Origin: Squalus acanthias
Lineage: Eukaryota
Direction of reading: 5' to 3'
NCBI GenBank assembly: GCA_030390025.1
Contig: CM059433.1
Coordinates: forward strand, 1,302,001-1,366,000
DNA length: 64,000 bases
Part shown: piece by piece, positions 38,011 to 50,647 of the stretch
Numbering within the stretch: the stretch's first letter is position 1
Layout: each line of letters begins with the position of its first letter
Translations under genes and position numbers: made by a program
The notes under the pieces: model-generated
The model's database searches: none
What the model was told of the DNA's origin: nothing
The model's input: the letters and a program-made list of their open reading frames with translations, nothing else

Positions 38011-41000
38011 AGAGTAATAATCGATGGGACAGAGAGGTAGAGAGAGCCCAAGAGTATAAATGAACAGGAGAGAGAGAGAGACAGAGAGTAAAAATCAACG
38101 GGAGACAGAGAGCCCGAAAGTAAAAATCAACAGGAGAGAGAGAGAGAGAGCCCGACAGTAAAAATGAAAGGTAGAGAGAGAGAGTAAAAATCAATGGGAC
38201 AGAGAGAGAGAGAGAGAGAGAGTAAAAATCAACGGGAGAGAGAGGGAGAGAGAGAGAGAGCACAAAAGTAAAAATCAACGGGAGAGAGAGAGAGAGAGAG
38301 CCCGAGAGTAAAAAACGAGGAAAAAGAGAGAGAGAGAGCCCGAGAGTAAAAATCGACAGGAGGGAGAGAGAGAGAGAGAGAAAATCAACCGGAGAGAGAA
38401 AGAGAGAGCCCGAGAGTAAAAATCGACGGGAGAGAGAGAGAGAGAGAGAGAGTAAAAATCAACAGGGGAGAGAGAGAGAGAGCCCGAGAGTAAAAATCAA
38501 CGGGAGAGAGAGAGAGAGAGAGCCCGAGAGTAAAAATCAACAGGAGAGAGAGAGAGAGCACGAGAGTAAAAATCAACAGGAGAGAGAGAGAGCCCGAGAG
38601 TAAAAATCAATGGGGAGAGAGAGAGAGAGAGCCCGAGAGTAAAAATCAACAGGAGAGAGAGAGCCCGAGAGTAAAAATCAACAGGAGAGAGAGAGAGAGC
38701 CCGAGAGTAAAAATCAATGGGAGAGAGAGAGAGAGAGCCCGAGAGTAAAAATCGACAGGAGAGAGAGAGAGAGAGCCCGAGAGTAAAATCAACAGGAGAG
38801 AGAGAGAGAGCCCGAGAGTAAAAATCAACAGGAGAGAGAGAGAGAGAGAGCCCGAGAGTAAAAATCAACAGGAGAGAGAGAGAGAGCCCGAGAGTAAAAA
38901 TCAATGGGAGAGAGAGAGAGAGAGCCCGAGAGTAAAAATCAACAGGAGAGAGAGAGAGAGCCCGAGAGTAAAAATCAATGGGAGAGAGAGAGAGAGAGAG
39001 CCCGAGAGTAAAAATCAACAGGAGAGAGAGAGAGAGAGCCCGAGAGTAAAAATCAACGGGAGAGAGAGAGAGAGAGAGCCCGAGAGTAAAAATTGATGGG
39101 AGAGAGAGAGAACCCGAGAGTAAAAATCAACGGGAGAGAGAGAGAGAGAGAGCCCGAGAGTAAAAATTGATGGGAGAGAGAGAGAGAGAGCCCGAGAGTA
39201 AAAATCAACGGGAGAGAGAGAGAGAGAGACCGAGAGTAAAAATCAACCAGAGAGAGAGAGAGAGCCCGAGAGTAAAAATCAACAGGAGAGAGAGAGAGAG
39301 AGACAGAGAGAAAAAATCGAGAGGAGAGAGAGAGAGAGAGAACGAGAGAAAAAATCGACAGGAGAGAGTGAGAGAGAGACCGAGAGTAAAAATCAACAGG
39401 AAAGGGAGAGAAAGCCTGAGAGTAAAAATCGATGGGAGAGAGAGAGAGAGAGAGAGTAAAAATCGACGGGATAGAGAGAGAGAGAGAGCCCGAGAGTAAA
39501 AAGCGACAGGAGAGAGAGAGAGAGAGAGCCCAAGAGTAAAAATCGACAGGAGAGAGCGAGAGAGCCCGAGAGTAAAAATCGACGGGATAGAGAGAGAGAG
39601 AGCCCGAGAGTAAAAATTGACGGGATAGAGAGAGAGAGAGATAGAGAGAGAGCGCCCGAGAGTAAAAATCAACGGGATAGAGAGAGAGAAAGAGAGCCCG
39701 AGAGTAAAAATCGACTAGAGAGAGAGAGAGAGAGCACGAGAGTAAAAAGCGACAGGAGAGAGAGAAAGAGAGAGAGAGAGCCCGAGAGTAAAAATCGACG
39801 GGAGAGAGAGAGAGAGAGAGTCCTGAGTGTAAAAATCGACGTGATAGAGAGAGAGAGAGAGCCCGAGAGTAAAAATTGACGGGGGAGAGAGAGAGAGAGA
39901 CCGAGAGTAAAAAGCGAAGAGAGAGAGAGAGAGCCCGAGAGTAAAAATCAACAGGAGAATGAGAGAGTCCGAGAGTAAAAATGAAGCGGAGAGAGAGAGA
40001 GCCCGATAGTAAAAATCAATGGGGGAGAGAGAGAGAGAGAGCCCGAGAGTAAAAATCAATGGGAAGAGAGAGAGAGAGCCCGAGAGTAAAAATCAATGGG
40101 GGAGAGAGAGAGAGAGCCCGAGAGTAAAAATCGACTGGAGAGAGAGAGAGCGAAACCGGGAGTAAAAATCGAAAGGAGAGAGAAAGAGCGAGAGTAAAAA
40201 TCCACGGGAGAGAGAGAGAGAGAGTCCGAGAGTAAAAATCGACAGGTGAGAGAGAGAGAGACCGAGAGAAAAAATCGACAGGAGAGAGAGAGAGAGAGAG
40301 AACGAGAGTAAAAATCAACAGGAGAGAGAGAGAGCCCGAGAGTAAAAATCAACAGGGGAGAGAGAGAGAGAGAGAGAGAGCCCGTGAGTAAAAATCAACG
40401 GTAGAGAGAGAGAGAGAGAGAGTCCGAGAGTAAAAATCGACTGGAGAGAGAGAGAGAGAGAGTAAAAATCGATGAGAGAGAGAGAGAGAGAGAGAGCCCG
40501 AGAGTAAAAATCAACCGGGGAGAGAGAGAGAGAGAGAGAGAGAGCCCGAGAGAAAAAATCGATGGGAGAGAGAGAGAGAGATAGCCCGAGAGTAAAAATC
40601 AACGGGAGAGAGAGAGAGAGAGAGCCCGAGAGTAAAAATCGACGGGAGAGACAGAGAGAGCGAGCCCGAGAGTAAAAATCAACAGGAGTGAGAGACAGAG
40701 AGAGAGCCCGAGAGAACAAATCGATGGGAGAGAGAGAGAGAGAGAGCCCGAGAGTAAAAATCGATGGGAGAGAGAGAGAGAGAGAGCCCGAGAGTAAAAA
40801 GCGACGGGAGAGAGAGAGAGAGAGCCCGAGAGTAAAAATCAATTGGAGAGAGAGAGAGCCCGAGAGTAAAAATCGACAGGTGAGAGAGAGAGAGAGACCG
40901 AGAGAAAAAAATCGAGAGGTAAGAGAGAGAGAGAGAACGAGAGAAAAAATCGACAGGAGAGAGAGAGTAAGAGAGCCCGATAGTAAAAATCAACAGGAAA

Positions 41001-43407
41001 GAGAGAGAGAGCCTGAGAGTAAAAATCGATGGGGGAGAGAGAGAGAGAGCCCGAGAGTAAAAATCGAGGGGATAGTGAGAGAGAGAGAGAGCCCGAGAGT
41101 AAAAATCGACTAGAGAGAGAGAGAGAGCACGAGAGTAAAAATCGATGGGAGAGAGAGAGAGAGAGAGAGAGAGTAAAAATCGACGGGATAGAGAGAGAGA
41201 GCCCGGTTACTAAAAATCGACGGGAGAGAGAGAGAGAGAGCCCGAGAGTAAAAAGCGACAGGAGAAGAGAGAGAGAGCCCGAGTGTAAAAATCGACAGGA
41301 GAGAGAGAGAGAGCCCGAGAGTAAAAAGCGACAGGAGAGAGAGAGAGAGAGAGCCCGAGAGTAAAAATCGACAGGAGAGAGAGAGAGAGCCCGAGAGTAA
41401 AAATCGACAGGAGAGAGAGAGCCCGAGAGTAAAAATCGACGGGATAGAGAGAGAGAGAGCCCGAGAGTAAAAATTGATGGGAGCGAGAGAGAGAGAGAGA
41501 GAGAGCGCCCGAGAGTAAAAATCAACGGGATAGAGAGAGAGAGAGAGCCGAGAGTAAAAATCGACTAGAGAGAGAGAGAGAGAGCCCGAGAGTAAAAATC
41601 AACAGGGGATAGAGAGAGAGCCCGAAATTAAAAATCAACAGGGGAGAGACAGAGAGAGAGCCCGAGAGTAAAAATCGACGGGAGAGAGAGAGGGAGCCCG
41701 AGAGTAAAAATGAACAGGAGAGAGAGAGAGCCCGAGAGTAAAAATCGATGGGAGAGAGAGAGAGAGAGAGAGCCCGAGAGTAAAAATCAACGGGAGAGAG
41801 AGAGAGAGAGAGAGAGCCCGAGAGTAAAAATCGACGGGAGAGAGAGAGAGAGAGCCCGAGAGTAAAAATCAACGGGAGAGAGAGAGAGAGAGCCCGAGAG
41901 TAAAAATCGATGGGAGAGAGAGAGAGAGAGAGAGAGAGCCCGAGAGTAAAAATCAACGGGAGAGAGAGAGAGAGAGAGCCCGAGAGAAAAAATCGACGGG
42001 AGAGAGAGAGAGAGAGAGCCCGAGAGTAAAAATCAACAGGAGTGAGAGAGAGAGAGAGAGCCCGAGAGAACAAATCGATGGGAGAGAGAGAGAGAGAGCC
42101 CGAGAGTAAAAATCAACGGGAGAGAGAGAGAGAGAGAGCCCAAGAGTAAAAATCGACGGGGGAGAGAGAGAGAGAGAGCCCGAGAGCAAAAATCAACTGG
42201 AAAGAGAGAGAGAGAGAGAGCCCGAGAGTAAAAATCGATGGGAGAGAGAGAGAGAGAGAGAGAGCCGGAGAGTAAAAATCAACAGGAGAGAGAGAGAGAG
42301 AGAGCCCGAGAGTAGAAATCAACAGGAGAGAGAGTGAGCCCGAGAGTAAAAATCGACGGGAGAGAGAGAGACAGCCTGAGAGTAAAAATCGACGGGAGTG
42401 AGAGAGAGAGAGCCCGAGAGTAAAAATCAACAGTAGAGAGAGAGAGAGCCCGAGAGTAAAAATCAACGGGAGAGAGAGAGAGAGCCTGAGAGTGAAAATC
42501 AACAGGAGAGAGAGAGAGAGAGCCCGAGAGAAAAAATCAACGGGAGAGAGAGAGAGCGAGAGTAAAAACCAACCGGAGAGAGAGACAGAGAGCCCAAGTG
42601 TAAAAATCGACAGGAGAGAGAGAGAGAGAGCCCGAGAGTAAAAATCGACAGGAGAGAGAGATAGAGAGTAAAAATCAATGGGAGAGAGAGTGAGAGCCTG
42701 AGAGTAAAAATTGATGGGAGAGAGAGAGAGAGAGCACGAGAGTAAATATTGATGGGAGAGAGAGAGAGAGATCCCGAGAGTAAAAATCAACGGGAGAGAG
42801 AGAGAGAGAGAGCCCGAGAGTAAAAATCAACCGGAGAGAGAGAGAGAGAGAGAGAGAGCCCGAGAGTAAAAATCGATGAAGAGAGAGAGAGAGAGAGAGA
42901 GCCCGAGAGAAAAAATCGATGGGAGAGAGAGAGAGAGAGAGAGAGAGCAATAGAGTAAAAATCAACGGGAGAGAGAGAGGAGCACGAGAGTAAAAATCGA
43001 CGGGAGAGAGAGAGAGAGAGAGCCCGAGAGTAAAAATTAACAGGATGAGAGAGAGAGAGAGAGCCCGAGAGAAAAAATCGATGGGAGAGAGAGAGAGAGA
43101 GAGAGCCCGATAGTAAAAATCGACGGGATAGAGAGAGAGAGAGAGCCCGAGAGTAAAAATTGACGGGATAGAGAGAGAGAGAGAGAGGCCAAGAGTAAAA
43201 TTGATGGGAGCAAGAGAGAGAGAGAGAGAGAGAGAGCCCGAGAGTAAAATTCGATGGGAGAGAGAGAGAGAGAGAGAGAGACGGAGAGTAAAAATCCACA
43301 GGAGACAGAGAGAGAGAGAGAGCCCGAGAGTAAAAATGAAGCGTAGAGAGAGAGAGCCCGATAGTAAAAATCAATGGGGAGAGAGAGAGAGAGCCCGAGA
43401 GCAAAAA

Positions 43408-43778
43408 NNNNNNNNNNNNNNNNNNNNNNNNNNNNNNNNNNNNNNNNNNNNNNNNNNNNNNNNNNNNNNNNNNNNNNNNNNNNNNNNNNNNNNNNNNNNN
43501 NNNNNNNNNNNNNNNNNNNNNNNNNNNNNNNNNNNNNNNNNNNNNNNNNNNNNNNNNNNNNNNNNNNNNNNNNNNNNNNNNNNNNNNNNNNNNNNNNNNN
43601 NNNNNNNNNNNNNNNNNNNNNNNNNNNNNNNNNNNNNNNNNNNNNNNNNNNNNNNNNNNNNNNNNNNNNNNNNNNNNNNNNNNNNNNNNNNNNNNNNNNN
43701 NNNNNNNNNNNNNNNNNNNNNNNNNNNNNNNNNNNNNNNNNNNNNNNNNNNNNNNNNNNNNNNNNNNNNNNNNNNNNN
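43408..43778. other. Assembly gap (371 N)
   Basis: Run of n characters inside the satellite. Confidence 1.
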
Positions 43779-46700
43779 GAGAGAGAGCCCGAGAGAAAAA
43801 ATCAACAGGAGAGAGAGAGAGAGAGCCCGAGAATAAAAATCGATGGGAGTGAGAGAGAGATAGAGAGAGTAAAAATCAACGGAGAGAGAGAGAGAGAGCC
43901 CGAGAATAAAAATCGACAGGAGAGAGAGAGAGAGCCCGAGAGCAAAAATTGACAGGAGAGAGAGTGCCCGAGAGTAAAAATCAGCAGGAGAGAGAGAGAG
44001 AGAGAGCTCGATAGTAAAAATCGACAGGAGAGAGAGAGAGAGAGAGTGAGAGTAAATATCGACAGGAGAGAGAGAGAGCCCGAGAGAAAAAATCAACAGG
44101 AGAGAGAGAGAGAGAGCCCGAGAATAAAAATCGATGGGAGTGAGAGAGAGATAGAGAGAGTAAAAATCAACGGGAGAGAGAGAGAGAGAGCCCGAGAATA
44201 AAAATCGACAGGAGAGAGAGAGAGAGCCCGAGAGCAAAAATTGACAGGAGAGAGAGTGCCCGAGAGTAAAAATCAGCAGGAGAGAGAGAGAGAGAGAGAG
44301 CTCGATAGTAAAAATCAACAGGAGAGAGAGAGAGAGAGAACGATAGTAAAAATCGATGTGAGAGAGAGAGAGCGAGTGAGAGAGTATAAAATTCAACGGG
44401 AGAGAGAGAGAGAGAGTGAGAGTAAAAATCGACAGGAGAGAGAGAGAGAGCCCGAGAGTAAAAATCGACAGGAGAGAGAGAGAGAGGGAGAGACAGAGAG
44501 TAAAAATTAACAGGAGAGAAAGAGAGAGAGCTCGATAGTAAAAATCAACAGGAGAGAGAGAGAGAGAACGATAGTAAAAATCGATGGGAGAGAGAGAGAG
44601 AGAGAGAGAGAGTAAAATTCAACGGGAGAGTGAGAGAGAGCGCCCGAGCGTAAAAATCGACAGGAGAGAGAGAGAGCCGAGAGTAAAAATCAACAGGAGA
44701 GAGAGAGAGATAGCCCGAGAGTAAAAATCAACAAGAGAGAGAGAGAGTGCCCGAGAGTAAAAATCAACGGGAGAGAGAGGGAGAACCCGAGAGTAGAAAT
44801 CAACGGGAGAGAGAGAGAGAGAGAGCCCGAGAGTAAAAATCGACGGGAAAGAGAGAGAGAGAGCCCGAGAGTAAAAATCGACGGGAGAGAGAGAGAGAGA
44901 GAGAGCCTGAGAGTAAAAATCGACGGGAGAGAGAGAGAGAGAGAGAGAGAGCCCGAGAGTAAAAATCGACGGGAGAGAGAGAGAGAGCCCGAGAGTAAAA
45001 ATCGACGGGAGAGAGAGAGAGCCCGAGAGTAAAAATCAACGGTAGAGAGAGAGAGAGAGCCCGAGAGTAAAAATCGACGGAATAGAGAGAGAGAGAGAGA
45101 GCCCGAGAGTAAAAATCGACGGGAGAGAGAGAGAGAGAGAGCCTGAGAGTAAAAATCAGCAGGAGAGAGAGAGAGAGCCTGAGAGTAAAAATCAACGGGA
45201 GAGAGAGAGAGAGAGCCCGAGAGTAAAAATCGACAGGAGAGAGAGAGAGCCCAAGAGTAAAAATCAACGGGAGAGAGAGACAGAGAGTAAAAATCGACAG
45301 GAGGAGAGAGTAAAATCGACAGGAGAGAGAGAGAGCCCGAGAGTAAAAATCGACAGGAGAGAGAGAGAGAGAGAGAGCCCGAGAGTAAAAATCAGCAGGA
45401 GAGAGAGAGAGCCCGAGAGTAAAAATCGACAGAGAGAGAGAGAGAGAGAGAGCCCGAGAGTAAAAATCAGCAGGAGGAGAGAGAGCCCGAGAGTAAAAAT
45501 CGACAGGAGAGAGAGAGAGAGCCCGAGAGTAAAAATCGACAGGAGAGAGAGTGCCCGAGAGTAAAAATCAACAGGAGAGAGAGAGAGAGAGCCCGAGAGT
45601 AAAAATCGACAGGAGAGAGAGAGAGCCAGAGAGTAAAAATCAACGGGAGAGAGAGAGAGAGTGAGAGTAAAAATCGACAGGAGAGAGAGAGAGCCCGAGA
45701 GAAAAAATCAGCAGGAGAGAGAGAGAGAGAGCCCGAGAATAAAAATCGATGGGAGTGAGAGAGAGATAGAGAGAGTAAAAATCAACGGGAGAGAGAGAGA
45801 GAGAGCCCGAGAATAAAAATCGACAGGAGAGAGAGAGAGAGCCCGAGAGCAAAAATCGACAGGAGAGAGAGTGCCCGAGAGTAAAAATCAGCAGGAGAGA
45901 GAGAGAGAGAGAGAGCTCGATAGTAAAAATCAACAGGAGAGAGAGAGAGAGAACGATAGTAAAAATCGATGTGAGAGAGAGAGAGCGAGTGAGAGAGTGT
46001 AAAATTCAACGGGAGAGAGAGAGAGAGAGTGAGAGTAAAAATCGACAGGAGAGAGAGAGAGAGCCCGAGAGTAAAAATCGACAGGAGAGAGAGAGAGAGG
46101 GAGAGACAGAGAGTAAAAATCAACAGGAGAGAAAGAGAGAGAGCTCGATAGTAAAAATCAACAGGAGAGAGAGAGAGAGAGAACGATAGTAAAAATCGAT
46201 GTGAGAGAGAGAGAGAGAGAGAGAGAGAGTAAAATTCAACAGGAGAGAGAGAGAGAGCGCCCGAGCGTAAAAATCGACAGGAGAGAGAGAGAGCCTGAGA
46301 GTAAAAATCAACAGGAGAGAGAGAGAGATAGCCCGAGAGTAAAAATCAACAAGAGAGAGAGAGAGTGCCCGAGAGTAAAAATCAACGGGAGAGAGAGGGA
46401 GAACCCGAGAGTAGAAATCAACGGGAGAGAGAGAGAGAGAGAGCCCGAGAGTAAAAATCGACGGGAAAGAGAGAGAGAGAGCCCGAGAGTAAAAATCGAC
46501 GGGAGAGAGAGAGAGAGAGAGAGCCTGAGAGTAAAAATCGACGGGAGAGAGAGAGAGAGAGAGAGCCGGAGAGTAAAAATCGACGGGAGAGAGAGAGAGA
46601 GCCCGAGAGTAAAAATCGACGGGAGAGAGAGAGAGCCCGAGAGTAAAAATCAACGGTAGAGAGAGAGAGAGAGCCCGAGAGTAAAAATCGACGGAAAAGA

Positions 46701-49192
46701 GAGAGAGAGAGAGAGCCCGAGAGTAAAAATCGACGGGAGAGAGAGAGAGAGAGAGCCTGAGAGTAAAAATCAGCAGGAGAGAGAGAGAGAGCCTGAGAGT
46801 AAAAATCAACGGGAGAGAGAGAGAGAGAGCCCGAGAGTAAAAATCGACAGGAGAGAGAGAGAGCCCAAGAGTAAAAATCAACGGGAGAGAGAGACAGAGA
46901 GTAAAAATTGACAGGAGAGAGAGAGTAAAAATCGACAGGAGAGAGATAGAGCCCGAGAGTAAAAATCGACAGGAGAGAGAGAGAGAGAGAGAGCCCGAGA
47001 GTAAAAATCAGCAGGAGAGAGAGAGAGCCCGAGAGTAAAAATCGACAGGAGAGAGAGAGAGAGAGAGCCCGAGAGTAAAAATCAGCAGGAGAGAGAGAGC
47101 CCGAGAGTAAAAATCGACAGGAGAGAGAGAGAGAGCCCGAGAGTAAAAATCGACAGGAGAGAGAGAGCCCGAGAGTAAAAATCAACAGGAGAGAGAGAGA
47201 GAGAGCCCGAGAGTAAAAATCGACAGGAGAGAGAGAGAGCCAGAGAGTAAAAATCAACGGGAGAGAGAGAGAGAGTGAGAGTAAAAATCGACAGGAGAGA
47301 GAGAGAGCCCGAGAGAAAAAATCAACAGGAGAGAGAGAGAGAGAGCCCGAGAATAAAAATCGATGTTAGTGAGAGAGAGATAGAGAGAGTAAAAATCAAC
47401 GGGAGAGAGAGAGAGAGAGAGCGAGAATAAAAATCGACAGGAGAGAGAGAGCCCGAGAGCAAAAATCGACAGGAGAGAGAGTGCCCGAGAGTAAAAATCA
47501 GCAGGAGAGAGAGAGAGAGAGAGAGACAGAGAGTAAAAATCAACAGGAGAGAGAGAGAGAGAGCTCGATAGTAAAAATCAACAGGAGAGAGAGAGAGAGA
47601 ACCCGAGAGTAAAAATCGATGGGAGTGAGAGAGAGATAGAGAGAGTAAAAATCAACGGGAGAGAGAGAGAGATAGCCCGAGAATAAAAATCGACAGGAGA
47701 GAGAGAGAGAGCCCGAGAGTAAAAATCGACAGGAGAGAGAGAGCCCAAGAGTAAAAATCAGCAGGAGAGAGAGAGAGAGAGCCCGAGAGTAAAAATCGAC
47801 AGGAGAGAGAGAGAGAGAGAGAGACAGAGAGTAAAAATCAACAGGAGAGAGAGAGAGAGTGCTCGATAGTAAAACTCAACAGGAGAGAGAGAGTGAGAGA
47901 ACGATAGTAAAAATCGATGCGAGAGAGAGAGAGAGAGTAAAATTCAACGGGAGAGAGAGAGAGAGCGCCCGAGCGTAAAAATCGACAGGAGAGAGAGAGA
48001 GCCTGAGAGTAAAAATCAACAGGAGAGAGAGAGAGATAGCCCGAGAGTAAAAATCAACAAGAGAGAGAGAGAGAGTGCCCGAGAGTAAAAATCAACGGGA
48101 GAGAGAGGGAGAACCCGAGAGTAGAAATCAACGGGAGAGAGAGAGAGAGAGAGCCCGAGAGTAAAAATTGACGGGAAAGAGAGAGAGAGAGAGCCCGAGA
48201 GTAAAAATCGACGGGAGAGAGAGAGAGAGAGAGAGCCTGAGAGTAAAAATCGACGGGAGAGAGAGAGAGAGAGAGAGAGCCCGAGAGTAAAAATTGACGG
48301 GAGAGAGAGAGAGAGCCCGAGAGTAAAAATCGACGGGAGAGAGAGAGAGAGCCCGAGAGTAAAAATCAACGGTAGAGAGAGAGAGAGAGCCCGAGAGTAA
48401 AAATCGACGGAAAAGAGAGAGAGAGAGAGAGCCCGAGAGTAAAAATCGACGGGAGAGAGAGAGGGAGCCTGAGAGTAAAAATCAGCAGGAGAGAGAGAGA
48501 GAGCCCGAGAGTAAAAATCCTCGGGAGAAAGAGAGAGAGAGCCCAAGAGTAAAAATCGACGGGAGAGAGAGAGAGAGCCCGAGAGTAAAAATCGACGGGA
48601 GAGAGAGAGAGAGCCCGAGAGTAAAAATCGACGACAGAGAGAGAGAGAGAGCCTGAGAGTAAAAATTGACGAGAGAGAGAGGGGTAAAAATTCAGTTGGT
48701 TGCGCCTCCCGTTAGCGCCTTAAGAGGGCGCTAATGGGGCGCAAAGCCACTAACTCCCGGGCGCAGCGATGTTTGCGCCGCTCGGGAACTTAACTAGAGA
48801 TTATGCGGCGGCGCTAAAACTTACCGCTGCGACCACCTGCGCGCGCAGATTGTGACGTCATTCCATGGTGCAACGCCCTTGTGGCGCCCCGGAGCGGAAA
48901 TTGAGTGGCGCCCCCTGCCTTACCGCCTGGCGCATCCAACGACTGGAAGACTGGAACGCTATCAATCGCTGTGGGGCTGGGGGGGGGCGCTATTTAAAGG
49001 GGGCCTCTTCCTGTCTTTTTCTGTGGTCGACATTTTTGCACCACTCGTTCTGAGAGAGAGAGAGAGATTCGGAGAGAGAGAAAGAGAGACTTCTACATTG
49101 ACTCAACGCTTTGTGAGGTAGTTTTGCCTATTGATCCTAACTTCGCTGGTACTTTAGTTGCTGTCCTTCATTACTTTGCTTGCAAAGAGAAT

Positions 49193-50353
49193 ATGGGGGC
49201 TGCACTGATTGGGGGCGTCGTCCTGCTCCAGCTGAATCGGAGGATACAGAGACGCAGAGAGAGACTGGCAATGATGGCCAGACGGAGGAGGGCAATCAGG
49301 CGTATGTACAGGAGAGCTTACCCTCCCAGGGTATATCGTGAACAGCTCTCCTACATCCATATGTCTGAGGAGCTGTGTTTGCGAAGGCTGCGATTCAGCA
49401 AGGAGGTGGTCACTGAGCTCTGCCACCTGCTGCAGCCAGATCTGCAGCCTCAACTGAGGTCCAGGACGTCTCTGTCGGTGGCAGTGAAGGTCACAGTGGC
49501 TCTCAACTTTTACGCTACTGGCTCATTTCAAGCTGCTGCTGGGGACCTCGCCAATATCTCCCAGTTCGCGGTGCATTGCTGCAGCCGGCAGGTCACAAAT
49601 GCCCTCTTTAAAAGGAGACGAGAGTTCATCTCTTTCCCCATGACCCCAGACAAGCAGCGTGACCGTGCTCTGGGCTTTGCGAGGGTAGCGGGCTTCCCCA
49701 TGGTGCAGGGCGCCATTGACTGCATGCATGTGGCTTTGCGTGCTCCGCGAGAGAATGCAGAGGAATTCAGGAACAGAAAGGGGTTCCATTCCTTGAATGT
49801 GCAGTTGGTCTGTGACCACAGACAGGTGATACTCGCTGTCAATGCCCACTATCCGGGCAGCTGCCACGATGCTTTCATCCTGCGCCAGACTACTGTGGCA
49901 GAAGTTTTCGAGGCACCGCATCAGCCAGTTGGTTGGCTTCTCGGGGACAAGGGGTATGCATTGAGCACCTGGCTGATGACATCGCTCCATACGCCCAACA
50001 CCCCTGCTGAGCTGCGGTACAATGAGAGCCATCAAGCTACCAGGAACATAATTGAGCGCACAATCGGCGTGCTGAAGCAACGGTTCCGCTGTCTCGACCA
50101 TTCTGGAGGAGCCCTGCAGTACTCGCCTGAGCGAGTATCGAACTTCGTAGTCGTGTGCTGCATGTTGCATAACATGGCAATCCTCAGGACCCAGCCAATG
50201 CCACCAGGCCTTGGAGCACCACCAGAGGAGGAGGAGGAAGAGGAGGAAGAGGACGAGGACGATGATCATCAGCAGCACCAAGGCGGGAGGGCGGCCCACA
50301 ATGGTCAAACTGCAAGGGCCGTCCGTCAACAGCTAATAGCAAGCCGCTTCTAG
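49193..50353 (+). CDS. HARBI1-like DDE transposase, 386 aa from the first ATG
   Basis: GAIDCMH, NRKGFHSLNVQLVCD, YPGSCHDAFI, LLGDKGY and IERTIGVLKQRFRCL motifs with D-D-E intact; acidic C-terminal tract. Confidence 0.93.
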   Translation: MGAALIGGVVLLQLNRRIQRRRERLAMMARRRRAIRRMYRRAYPPRVYREQLSYIHMSEELCLRRLRFSKEVVTELCHLLQPDLQPQLRSRTSLSVAVKVTVALNFYATGSFQAAAGDLANISQFAVHCCSRQVTNALFKRRREFISFPMTPDKQRDRALGFARVAGFPMVQGAIDCMHVALRAPRENAEEFRNRKGFHSLNVQLVCDHRQVILAVNAHYPGSCHDAFILRQTTVAEVFEAPHQPVGWLLGDKGYALSTWLMTSLHTPNTPAELRYNESHQATRNIIERTIGVLKQRFRCLDHSGGALQYSPERVSNFVVVCCMLHNMAILRTQPMPPGLGAPPEEEEEEEEEDEDDDHQQHQGGRAAHNGQTARAVRQQLIASRF

Positions 50354-50647
50354 GGCCCCTGCCATTGCTAACAACATTAATGAACCCAGCACGCAACCCC
50401 TAAGCCGGCCAAGGCACCAATAATTCCAACCACCAACCATGTATATTTTGAATACAGAAACTTATTTATTTTACAAACTCTGTGTGTGTCAATTCCTCAT
50501 GACAAACTCATAGAAATAAACACAAAAAAACAGTCAATAACATAACTGGTTCTCACAACCTGGAGATAATGTCCAAAACACTAAACAAAAGTTGGACCAT
50601 GAACCTCGACCTTTAATAAAAAAATGACCAGCATTTTGTCACACCTC

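Noticed and set aside
49124..50353. Domesticated host HARBI1 gene
   Set aside because: Lies within TIRs and a TSD beside a Myb partner, so it is a transposon gene; the TTG start at 49124 is less likely than ATG 49193.
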